Source: Candidatus Cloacimonadota bacterium
GTDB taxonomy: Bacteria > Cloacimonadota > Cloacimonadia > Cloacimonadales > WRIO01
DNA: 27,891 nucleotides
NCBI GenBank assembly: GCA_029564175.1
Contig: JAKQQL010000360.1
Coordinates: 1-27,891, forward strand
Reading direction: 5' to 3'
The number at the start of each line of letters is the position of its first letter. Within the stretch, counting starts at the first letter, position 1. This document shows positions 19,627 to 27,867 of this stretch, in pieces. The translations under genes were made by a program, and so were the position numbers. A model generated the notes under the pieces. That model was not told where the DNA came from. It saw only the letters and a list, made by a program, of their open reading frames with translations, and searched no databases.

Positions 19627-20883
19627 ATGGAAAATTTTTTAATAAACGGAGGTTATCCTCTAAAAGGTGAAATTAAGGTAAATGGAGCGAAAAATGCCGT
19701 ATTACCTTTAATGGCAGCAGCATTACTTGCACCAGGAAAATCTGTATTGCAGAATGTTCCTAAATTGATAGATTTAAAAACAATGGCGCATTTACTCAGA
19801 ATTATTGGCGCAAGAGTTGATTATGAAAACGAAGTGATGTCTATTGATGCTTCAGATTGCAGCTATTTTGAAGCTCCTTACGAGCTGGTTTCGAAAATGC
19901 GAGCTTCTGTTTATGTGCTTGGTCCGCTTCTTGCACGCTTTAGAAAGGCAGTTGTCGCTTTTCCCGGGGGTTGTGCAATAGGCTCAAGACCGGTGGATCT
20001 TCATTTGATGGCTTTTGAAAAATTAGGTGCGAAAATTGAAATATCTCATGGTAATATCAATGCAGAGTGTCCTGATGGATTGAAAGGTGCTTTGATTGAA
20101 TTTCCCTTTGTATCAGTAGGTGCAACTGCCAACTTACTAATGGCTGCCGTTTTGGCAGAAGGAACCACTGTAATCAAGAATGCAGCCCTTGAACCAGAGA
20201 TTTCTCATCTTGTTGATTTTCTTAATTTAATGGGTGCAAATATTGAAGGACGTGACAGCAATACGCTTAGCATTCATGGTGTGAAAGAACTCAAGCCTGC
20301 AACGATCAGAGTCATTGCTGACAGAATTGAAGCAGGTACATTTATCCTGGCCGCAGCAATATGCAAATCTCCGGTTAAAATAACTAATTGTAATCCAGAA
20401 CATTTGAAATCCTTGATTATTAAAATGGAACAGGCTGGCTGTCATTTTAAGATTACAGAAAATGAAATCATGGTTTTGCCAGCTGAAATCATCAAACCTG
20501 TTGATGTTGTGACAGAACCCTATCCTGGATTCCCGACAGATTTACAGGCTCAGTTTATGGTATATATGTCACTTGCTGATGGTGTATCTCATATTACCGA
20601 AACGATATATCCGGATCGCTTTTTACATGCCGCTGAGTTAAATCGTTTGAATGCCAATATTTTAGTTAAAAATGGATCTTCTGTGATTACGGGTGTTCAT
20701 AAATTATCCGGAGCAGAAGTTATGGCAACAGACTTGAGAGCCAGTGCTGCCCTGGTTTTGGCAGGACTTGTAGCAGAAGGTCAAACTAAGATTTCACGTA
20801 TTTACCATATTGACAGAGGTTATGATAAAATTGAAGAGAAATTGTCCTTTGTCGGTGCTCAGATTAAGCGGGTTTTAGCATAA
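19627..20883 (+). CDS. murA: UDP-N-acetylglucosamine 1-carboxyvinyltransferase
   Basis: GAKNAVLP, MRAS, PGGCAIGSRPVDLH (catalytic Cys present), PYPGFPTDLQAQ, ATDLRASA, HIDRGY. Confidence 0.98.
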   Translation: MENFLINGGYPLKGEIKVNGAKNAVLPLMAAALLAPGKSVLQNVPKLIDLKTMAHLLRIIGARVDYENEVMSIDASDCSYFEAPYELVSKMRASVYVLGPLLARFRKAVVAFPGGCAIGSRPVDLHLMAFEKLGAKIEISHGNINAECPDGLKGALIEFPFVSVGATANLLMAAVLAEGTTVIKNAALEPEISHLVDFLNLMGANIEGRDSNTLSIHGVKELKPATIRVIADRIEAGTFILAAAICKSPVKITNCNPEHLKSLIIKMEQAGCHFKITENEIMVLPAEIIKPVDVVTEPYPGFPTDLQAQFMVYMSLADGVSHITETIYPDRFLHAAELNRLNANILVKNGSSVITGVHKLSGAEVMATDLRASAALVLAGLVAEGQTKISRIYHIDRGYDKIEEKLSFVGAQIKRVLA

Positions 20884-20892
20884 TAATCATCT

Positions 20893-21032
20893 GTACTGCA
20901 AGCATCCTGCTTGCGCAAAAAGTTCCGTACTGCAAGCATCTTGCTTGCAGAAAATACTTGCAACAAGCAAGATGCTTGTCGTACGGTAAACTACCTGCTT
21001 GCAGAAAAAAGTACGGCAAGTTACCAGCTTGC
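20893..21032. repeat. Cluster of five 22-nt GTAC-palindrome REP-like units
   Basis: GTACTGCAAGCATCCTGCTTGC (20893-20914); GTACTGCAAGCATCTTGCTTGC (20927-20948); inverted GTACGACAAGCATCTTGCTTGT (20984-20963); degenerate GTACGGTAAACTACCTGCTTGC (20981-21002); GTACGGCAAGTTACCAGCTTGC (21011-21032). Confidence 0.85.
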
Positions 21033-21055
21033 TCAAAGAGAAAAATGGAGATAAT

Positions 21056-22129
21056 ATGATTTATGCAGTGGCTATGAGCGGGGGAGTGGATAGTTCAGTG
21101 GCTGCTTATCTGTTAAAAGAACAGGGACATCAGGTGATCGGATTTACGATGTATCATTTTGACGATACTACAGAGCCTTTTAAACGACACTCCATTTCCA
21201 GAGCGATTGATGATGCCAGGACAGTTTGTCAGAAACTAGAGATTGAACATTTTACAATTGATCTGAAAGCAGAATTCAATCATTTGATTATAAAAGATTT
21301 TTTAACACAGTATCAAAATGGCTATACACCAAATCCCTGTACTTTATGTAATCCAACAATTAAATGGGGACTTTTTCCTGAAAAGATATCTCAAATCATA
21401 CAAGAGAAATATCATGGTCAGCCTTTTTTAATGGCGACAGGGCATTATGCCAGAAAAATTACCATTGATGGAAAATCTGCGCTTATCAGACCTTTGGACA
21501 AAAAAAAGGATCAAACATATATGTTATGGCGCTTAAGTCAACATCAGTTAGCTCAAACCATTTTCCCTTTAATGGATTTTACAAAAGAGCAAATCAGAAT
21601 ACTTGCACAAAAAGCTGGTGTTCCAGTCGCTGAAAAGAAAGACAGTCAGGATATTTGCTTTATTGATGATGACTATACTAAATTTTTACTTCATTTTATC
21701 AGTTCTGATACCGGTGACATGATTTATCATGACGGCTCTAAAATCGGAGTGCATAAAGGGCTTATTTATTATACTATTGGTCAGAGAAAAGGACTTGTTC
21801 CCTGGTCAAAACCTTTGTATGTACTGAAAATTGATGCGGTAAAAAATCAACTTGTTGTTACGGATGATTTATCACGTCTGGAATCGAAATACTTTAGAAT
21901 CAATCAGGTTAATCTGATTCGTGAAAATATTTTGCATCATTCAGATGATTTAACTGTGAAAATACGTTATAACAGTCCTGAAGAAGAAATTGCAGGACTC
22001 ACTTATGATAATGAGGGACTTTACGTTGAACTTAAGAGAAGTGTTAAATCCATCACACCTGGTCAGTCAGCTGTATTTTACAGAAAAGATGAATTAGTTG
22101 GTGGTGGAATTATTCAATCTATTGATTAG
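21056..22129 (+). CDS. mnmA: tRNA 2-thiouridine(34) synthase MnmA
   Basis: AMSGGVDSS, TPNPCTLCN, ATGHYA, KDQTY, DSQDICF, YTIGQRKGL, TPGQSAVFY. Start corrected to ATG 21056 behind GGAG. Confidence 0.97.
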   Translation: MIYAVAMSGGVDSSVAAYLLKEQGHQVIGFTMYHFDDTTEPFKRHSISRAIDDARTVCQKLEIEHFTIDLKAEFNHLIIKDFLTQYQNGYTPNPCTLCNPTIKWGLFPEKISQIIQEKYHGQPFLMATGHYARKITIDGKSALIRPLDKKKDQTYMLWRLSQHQLAQTIFPLMDFTKEQIRILAQKAGVPVAEKKDSQDICFIDDDYTKFLLHFISSDTGDMIYHDGSKIGVHKGLIYYTIGQRKGLVPWSKPLYVLKIDAVKNQLVVTDDLSRLESKYFRINQVNLIRENILHHSDDLTVKIRYNSPEEEIAGLTYDNEGLYVELKRSVKSITPGQSAVFYRKDELVGGGIIQSID

Positions 22130-22153
22130 CGACTCATTAAAAGGAGTTTTCAT

Positions 22154-23116
22154 ATGAGAAATGTAAAACCGGTTGTGTTCATCTCAAAATGTATAGAACA
22201 GTCACCTTGTCGTTGGAATGGTGCTATAATTGCTTCTGCAGAGGTTAAACAATTATTGCCGTTTATCGATTTGAAAACTGCCTGTCCTGAAGCTGATATT
22301 GGACTGGGGATTCCCAGAGATCCAATCAGATTAGAATTGCATGGGGAAGAGATACGTTTGGTTCAACCATCGACTCAAAGAGATTTAACGAATGAAATGA
22401 CATTGTTTTCAGAAGATTTATGCCGAGGTTTGAAAGATATTGATGGCTTTATCTTAAAAAGTAAGTCTCCCAGCTGTGGGTTTAAAGAAGTGAAAATTTA
22501 TGCAAACGCAAACTCTAAGACTAAATCAGGATATGGTGCAGGGATTTTTGGTCAGATGGTAATGACTCATTTTCCTCATTTGATGATTGAAGATGAAGGA
22601 CGTCTGACTAATCTAAAAATCAGAGATCATTTTCTGACTGCCATTTTTACACTTGCCAGATTCAGAGAAATAAAGAAAAATCTTAAAATGGCTGATTTAG
22701 TTGCTTTTCATGCCAGTCATAAGTTTCTCTTTCTGGCTTATAATCAAAAACAAATGCGGGTACTGGGAAAGATAACAGCCAATCTTGACAAACGTCCCAT
22801 TGAACATGTTTTTGAAGATTATCAGTTAAATCTGAGACTGGTTTTTAAAACACAGGTAAGAATCAAGAATGTACTCAATGTATGGATGCATATCATGGGC
22901 TTTTTCTCTGAGCAGCTAAATTCTGCCGAGAAACAAAATCTGCTGGATAAGATGGATGAGTACGTCTCTGATACTGTGCCTGCATCAGTCGTAACAGAAC
23001 TCTTGTATTCCCTTTGTATTCGTTTCAATCATGGCTATCTGTTAAATCAGTATTTCTTTAAACCTTATCCCAAAGAACTGATGAATATCCATGATTCAGC
23101 AAGGAGAAGGATATAG
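22154..23116 (+). CDS. DUF523-DUF1722 (YbgA family; TudS/RudS-like [4Fe-4S] thiouridine desulfidase)
   Basis: N-terminal ISKC...CPE..IGLGIPR...LKSKSPSCG (three-Cys DUF523 pattern) and EDEGRL; C-terminal FHASHKF, HIMGFF, YLLNQYFFKPYP (DUF1722). AAGGAG SD. Confidence 0.88.
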   Translation: MRNVKPVVFISKCIEQSPCRWNGAIIASAEVKQLLPFIDLKTACPEADIGLGIPRDPIRLELHGEEIRLVQPSTQRDLTNEMTLFSEDLCRGLKDIDGFILKSKSPSCGFKEVKIYANANSKTKSGYGAGIFGQMVMTHFPHLMIEDEGRLTNLKIRDHFLTAIFTLARFREIKKNLKMADLVAFHASHKFLFLAYNQKQMRVLGKITANLDKRPIEHVFEDYQLNLRLVFKTQVRIKNVLNVWMHIMGFFSEQLNSAEKQNLLDKMDEYVSDTVPASVVTELLYSLCIRFNHGYLLNQYFFKPYPKELMNIHDSARRRI

Positions 23117-23173
23117 ATTTGGACATTTTAGGTTTCAATGATCATTTTAAAACGTTTAAATCATAATGATTTC

Positions 23174-23199
23174 AAGCCCCATTGTGTGGGCTTTTTTTT
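23174..23199 (+). terminator. Intrinsic terminator after the mnmA/DUF523 pair
   Basis: AAGCCC...GGGCTT stem followed by a long T run. Confidence 0.8.
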
Positions 23200-23316
23200 G
23201 TTTTATTAAAAAAAATGTAAAAGTTTGAAGATTATACTTGACATGATTAAAAGCTTATATCAATTTCGGCATCAGGTATGTTAAATGCTGATCATTCCCT
23301 CTAATAGGAGTTAAAT

Positions 23317-25383
23317 ATGGAAAATCGAATCACAGAACATCCGGTTCTGCCAATCCCTCAAAAAGAAGAAATTACATTTTACTGGCAGAAAAACCCTATC
23401 AAAGCCAAGAAAGGTGAAATGATTTCATCTGCTTTGATAGCAAACGGAATCAAGGTTTTTGGACATCATCACAAAGATGGCTCGGCACAAGGTATTTTTT
23501 GTGCAAATGGACAATGTGCAAAGTGTATGGTTATTGCGAATGGTATGCCGGTTAAGTCCTGTATGACAGAAGTGAAAGCCAATATGATCGTAGAAAGTGC
23601 TGATGGCTTGCCTGAATTGCCGGAAGTTAACACCTCGTTTGAAGCACATGATATTGAAGAAATGGAAACAGATGTATTAATCATCGGTGGCGGTCCTTCA
23701 GGTCTGGCAGCTGCCATTCAGTTGGGCGAACACCAGATTAAAAGTTTATTGATTGATGACAAAAATGAGCTTGGCGGTAAACTGGTTTTACAAACGCATA
23801 AATTCTTTGGTTCAGTTGAGGATTCTCATGCCGGTACCAGAGGTAATGATATTGGTAAAAAACTGGCTGAAACGGTTCAACAATATAATTCAGTAACAAT
23901 TTGGCTGAATTCAACCGCTTTATTTGTGTTTAAAGATAAAAAAGTGGGCATTTTAAAAGACGGTGTTTATAAAATAGTTCAACCAAAAATGATTTTAAAT
24001 GCTGCCGGTGCCCGTGAGAAATTCCTCAGATTTTCAGGAAACACCCTGGCAAATATCTATGGGGCAGGTGCTTTTCAAACGCTTGTCAACCGTGATCTGG
24101 TAAAGGCTTCCAATCGTCTTTTCATCGTTGGTGGCGGTAATGTGGGCCTGATTGCCGGTTATCATGCGTTACAGGCTGGCATTGAAGTGGTTGGTCTGGT
24201 TGAAGCAATGAAACAATGTGGGGGATATAAGGTTCATGCAGATAAATTAAAACGTCTGGGCGTGCCAATTTATACCTCGCATACGATTTTGTCGGCGAAT
24301 GGTGATGAAACCGTTTCTTCTGTTACGATTGCGGAAGTGGATGATAAATTTAAACCATTTCCTGGTACAGAGAAAAGTTTTGAATGTGATACACTTTTAA
24401 TTGCAGTGGGTCTGGACTCACTGAAAGAATTTACAGAAACAGCTGAAACTGCCGGTATTAAGGTCTTTTCTGCAGGAGATGCATTGGAAATCGCTGAAGC
24501 CTCTTCGGCAATGTTTAATGGTAAAATTATGGGTCTGAAGATTGCCAAAGAGATGGGTGCTCCGGTTGGAGATATTCCACAGGAATGGTATGAAAAAGCC
24601 GATATTCTAAAATCTCATCCTGGGGCAATCACGCCATATCAAAAATTGGATGTGGAAGAAGGTGTTTTCCCGGTTATTCACTGTCTGCAGGAAATTCCCT
24701 GTAATCCATGTACTACGGTATGCCCGACTCAATCCATTATGATTGAAGGCTCTTCCATTATGGGTCAGCCTCAGTATAAAGGCTCTTGTATTGGTTGCGG
24801 AAAATGTCTCTTTATCTGCCCAGGTCTGGCAATCAGTCTGGTCGATTACCGTAAAGATGCAGATAATCCAATCGTATCGCTCCCTTATGAAGTGGGAAAC
24901 TACCCTGTTAATAAAGGCGATAAGCTGAATGTGGTCGATATTGATGCCAATGAACTGGGTTCTTATGAAGTTATAGCTGTGATGAACAATCCACTCAATA
25001 AAACTCAGATGGTAAAGGTTCAGATGCCAAAAGCGATTGCGAAGAAAGCGATTTCTTTCAAAATTCAGGATGAAAGTGTCACAAAAGCATTGCCTCAGGC
25101 GATTATCCCTGAAAATATAGAAGATGATGCCATGATTTGTCTTTGTGAACGGGTAACTGTTGGTGAAGTCAAGAAATGGATTCGCCGTGGTGTTACAGAT
25201 ATTAACCAGCTGAAAGCGATTACCCGTATGGGTATGGGACCTTGTGGCAGCAAAACCTGTGATGTAACTCTGAGACAGATTTTCCGTCAGGAAGGCATTC
25301 CTGTTGAAAATATTGTTGCTAATACCCGCCGCCCTGTATTTATCGAAGTGCCTCTGGAAAAATTTGCAGATGGTAAGGAATAA
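23317..25383 (+). CDS. Multi-domain flavin/Fe-S oxidoreductase (sarcosine oxidase / proline dehydrogenase alpha-like fusion)
   Basis: N-terminal [2Fe-2S] (CANGQCAKC...SC), FAD motif GGGPSG, second dinucleotide motif GGGNVG...VE, 2x[4Fe-4S] (CLQEIPCNPCTTVCP; CIGCGKCLFICP), C-terminal BFD-like (CLC...GMGPCGSKTC). AGGAG SD. Confidence 0.85.
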   Translation: MENRITEHPVLPIPQKEEITFYWQKNPIKAKKGEMISSALIANGIKVFGHHHKDGSAQGIFCANGQCAKCMVIANGMPVKSCMTEVKANMIVESADGLPELPEVNTSFEAHDIEEMETDVLIIGGGPSGLAAAIQLGEHQIKSLLIDDKNELGGKLVLQTHKFFGSVEDSHAGTRGNDIGKKLAETVQQYNSVTIWLNSTALFVFKDKKVGILKDGVYKIVQPKMILNAAGAREKFLRFSGNTLANIYGAGAFQTLVNRDLVKASNRLFIVGGGNVGLIAGYHALQAGIEVVGLVEAMKQCGGYKVHADKLKRLGVPIYTSHTILSANGDETVSSVTIAEVDDKFKPFPGTEKSFECDTLLIAVGLDSLKEFTETAETAGIKVFSAGDALEIAEASSAMFNGKIMGLKIAKEMGAPVGDIPQEWYEKADILKSHPGAITPYQKLDVEEGVFPVIHCLQEIPCNPCTTVCPTQSIMIEGSSIMGQPQYKGSCIGCGKCLFICPGLAISLVDYRKDADNPIVSLPYEVGNYPVNKGDKLNVVDIDANELGSYEVIAVMNNPLNKTQMVKVQMPKAIAKKAISFKIQDESVTKALPQAIIPENIEDDAMICLCERVTVGEVKKWIRRGVTDINQLKAITRMGMGPCGSKTCDVTLRQIFRQEGIPVENIVANTRRPVFIEVPLEKFADGKE

Positions 25384-25393
25384 GGAGTTCAAG

Positions 25394-26548
25394 ATGAGTC
25401 AAATGTATGATGTAATCGTTATCGGTGCCGGTTCTGTTGGTGTGCCTGCAACTATGTATCTTGCTCAGAATAAATTAAAAGTATTGTGTTTAGACCCTGA
25501 ATCCTCTCCGGGTCAGGGTAATAATAAAAAAGCAATCGGCGGGATTCGTGCTACCCATTCCGATTTTGGCAAAATTAAAGTCTGTTTAAGAAGTATTGAA
25601 ATTCTCTCCACATGGGAAGAAAAATATGGAGATGAAATCGGCTGGATGTCAAATGGATACAGCTATCCGGCTTATACCGAAAAGGATGAGGAAACCTTAA
25701 AAAAACTCATGGAAATCCAGCTTTCTTTTGGTTTAAATATCAAATGGATCAGCCCTGAAGAATATCAGAAACTCGTGCCTGGCATTAATATGGAAGGTTT
25801 AAGGGGCTCAACCTATTCTCCTGAAGATGGCAGCTGTTCACCTTTACTGACCCTGAATGCTATTTATTTCAAGAGTTTGGAATATGGTGCAGAGTATCAT
25901 TTTAATGAAAAAGTAACCGGTATGAAACTGGATAATGGTCAGATTTCAGAAGTTCAAACAGATAAAGGGACTTATACGGCTAAATTTGTGATCAATGCTT
26001 CTGGTAACAATGCGAAAGAGATATCAGCAATGGCTGGCATCGATTGCCCGGTTAATCCGGATTGTCATGAAGCAGCGATCACTGATCCGGTTAAACGTTT
26101 CTTTGGTCCGATGGTGGTGGATATGCGCCCTGAAAAAGGCTCAAAAAATTTCTACTTCTATCAGAATCATGAAGGTCAGGTGGTGTTCTGTATCACACCG
26201 GATCCGGCTATATTGGGAACAGATAATGATGCAACCTCCGAATTTCTGCCACTCTGTACTAAAAGAATGCTTAAAATCTATCCAAAACTGAAAAATCTGA
26301 AGGTTCGCCGTCAGTGGAGAGGTCAATACCCAATGACACCAGACGGATTTCCGATAGTCGGTAAAATGAAGGAAGTCCCAAATTTCATTCAGGCAGTTGG
26401 TATGTGCGGACAGGGCTTTATGCTCGGACCCGGACTTGGCGAATTGCTTACCCGTATCGTACTTGATCAGCTGACAACAGATGATCTGCACATGCTAGAA
26501 TCATTTGATCCGTATCGTGATTTTTCCGGTATGGAATTGTTTAAATAA
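25394..26548 (+). CDS. FAD-dependent amino-acid oxidoreductase, DAO family (sarcosine oxidase / proline dehydrogenase beta-like)
   Basis: DVIVIGAGSVG, RQWRGQYPMTPDGFPIVG, GQGFMLGP. Start corrected to ATG 25394 behind TAAGGAG, which overlaps the upstream stop. Confidence 0.88.
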   Translation: MSQMYDVIVIGAGSVGVPATMYLAQNKLKVLCLDPESSPGQGNNKKAIGGIRATHSDFGKIKVCLRSIEILSTWEEKYGDEIGWMSNGYSYPAYTEKDEETLKKLMEIQLSFGLNIKWISPEEYQKLVPGINMEGLRGSTYSPEDGSCSPLLTLNAIYFKSLEYGAEYHFNEKVTGMKLDNGQISEVQTDKGTYTAKFVINASGNNAKEISAMAGIDCPVNPDCHEAAITDPVKRFFGPMVVDMRPEKGSKNFYFYQNHEGQVVFCITPDPAILGTDNDATSEFLPLCTKRMLKIYPKLKNLKVRRQWRGQYPMTPDGFPIVGKMKEVPNFIQAVGMCGQGFMLGPGLGELLTRIVLDQLTTDDLHMLESFDPYRDFSGMELFK

Positions 26549-26561
26549 GATTATACAAGAT

Positions 26562-26594
26562 AAACGCTCTTTGTGAAAACAGAGAGCGTTTTTT
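26562..26594 (+). terminator. Intrinsic terminator
   Basis: AAACGCTCTTTGT-GAAA-ACAGAGAGCGTTT followed by further Ts. Confidence 0.9.
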
Positions 26595-26647
26595 AATGAT
26601 TGAGATCAATAATAGTTTGTGTCTTGAATTTGTTACTCTGTTTTTCC

Positions 26648-26676
26648 TTGACAATAGATATGGATGCTGCTATGGT
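26648..26676 (+). promoter_or_regulatory. Sigma70 promoter for the substrate-binding protein gene
   Basis: TTGACA (26648-26653), exactly 17 nt, TGn-TATGGT extended -10 (26671-26676). Confidence 0.7.
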
Positions 26677-26700
26677 TTTTAACAATGAAAGGGGGTGAAA

Positions 26701-27867
26701 ATGAGAATGAGAATTGTCAGACTTTTTATATGTCTGTTTATCCTCATGATGATCAATGCATGTAAACCATTTTATTCACAGAAAAGCAGTCCAAATGACG
26801 TCATAAAAATTGGTTTTGCATACCCTTATGAACTGGATCAGGAGATTAAGAAATCCAAAGGTTTATTTATGGCGGTAAAAGAGATGAATGCCAAAGGCGG
26901 AATTAAAGGCAAAAAGATAGTTGTTACAGCCATAGATGATTATGGTACAGTGACAGGCGGATTAAAAGCAGCGCATCACCTAATCGCTGATCAGAATGTA
27001 TTGGCAGTCAGCGGACACTATAATTCACGTGTCGCAAAAGCCGTTATTCCCCTCTACCAGAAAAGCGGAGTCCCTTTTATTACTTCCGGAGTTACTTCTC
27101 CTAACCTGTTTAAAGAAAAGCAGTCTTTCATTTTTAGAAATATACCAAACGACAAATTGGTAATTGAGGAGATGTTTAAGCACATTCAATCTCTGAATAT
27201 CCGAAATATCGCAGTGTTTTATGCTGATGATGAATTTGGACAGGGGGTTGCCAATTCGGTGACAGAATTATCTGAAAAATATAAACTGCAGTTAATTGAT
27301 AAAACCAGCGAGATCAACCTGAATAACATTGATTATCTTCTCAAACGCTGGGAAGCGCTGGATTGCGAAGCAGTTGTAATAGGCGATATTTTTCATAAAG
27401 CAAAAGATATCGTAGCCTATATTCATCAGAAAAGACCTGATCTGATTCTAATCAGTACTTCCTCTTTTAATTTTACCGGTGTGGAAAGCATTTTTGAGCA
27501 AAATAGCGTTCTGAAAACTTCCAGTTTGCAGAAAAATAGTGATGTCAATATCCTGATCCCTACGCATTTTAATTATCTGTCAAATGATGAAATGATTAAG
27601 TCATTTATTCTTCGGTACAAACAGCTATACCGTGAAGAACCGAATTTCTTTTCTGTCTTAGCTTATGATTCGACGATGCTGATTATGAAGGCTATGGAAA
27701 ATTGTAAGGAAATCAACCGTGAGAATATTGCTGCTGAGTTATCAGCGATAAAAAACTATAATGGTATCAGTGGACACCTGACCTGTCAATATAATGGCGA
27801 ATTTACAGGCAACAACATTTATCTGCTTACAATAAAAAATGGGAAATTATGCCTGATCGATCAATAA
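26701..27867 (+). CDS. LivJ/LivK-type (type I periplasmic) substrate-binding lipoprotein
   Basis: IKIG, NAKGGIKGKKI, GHYNS, FRNIPND, DEFGQG, LAYDS, GISG motifs; signal peptide ending in lipobox-like INAC. ATG 26701 preferred because GTG 26695 lies inside the GGGGGTG SD. Confidence 0.88.
   Translation: MRMRIVRLFICLFILMMINACKPFYSQKSSPNDVIKIGFAYPYELDQEIKKSKGLFMAVKEMNAKGGIKGKKIVVTAIDDYGTVTGGLKAAHHLIADQNVLAVSGHYNSRVAKAVIPLYQKSGVPFITSGVTSPNLFKEKQSFIFRNIPNDKLVIEEMFKHIQSLNIRNIAVFYADDEFGQGVANSVTELSEKYKLQLIDKTSEINLNNIDYLLKRWEALDCEAVVIGDIFHKAKDIVAYIHQKRPDLILISTSSFNFTGVESIFEQNSVLKTSSLQKNSDVNILIPTHFNYLSNDEMIKSFILRYKQLYREEPNFFSVLAYDSTMLIMKAMENCKEINRENIAAELSAIKNYNGISGHLTCQYNGEFTGNNIYLLTIKNGKLCLIDQ

Noticed and set aside
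20893..21032. CRISPR array interpretation of the repeats
   Set aside because: Spacers are 14 nt or less and irregular, one unit is inverted, and no cas genes are nearby.
23158..23172. 7-1-7 palindrome AAATCATAATGATTT as a Fur-family box
   Set aside because: Very AT-rich, lies upstream of the terminator rather than on the next promoter, and matches no consensus I can confirm.
23238..23266. Promoter for the oxidoreductase operon
   Set aside because: TTGACA is present at 23238, but there is no convincing -10 at 16-18 nt spacing, so it was not called.
24607..25392. 261-aa - strand ORF
   Set aside because: Almost entirely antisense to the Fe-S oxidoreductase, whose Cys motifs fix the + frame; no recognisable domain.
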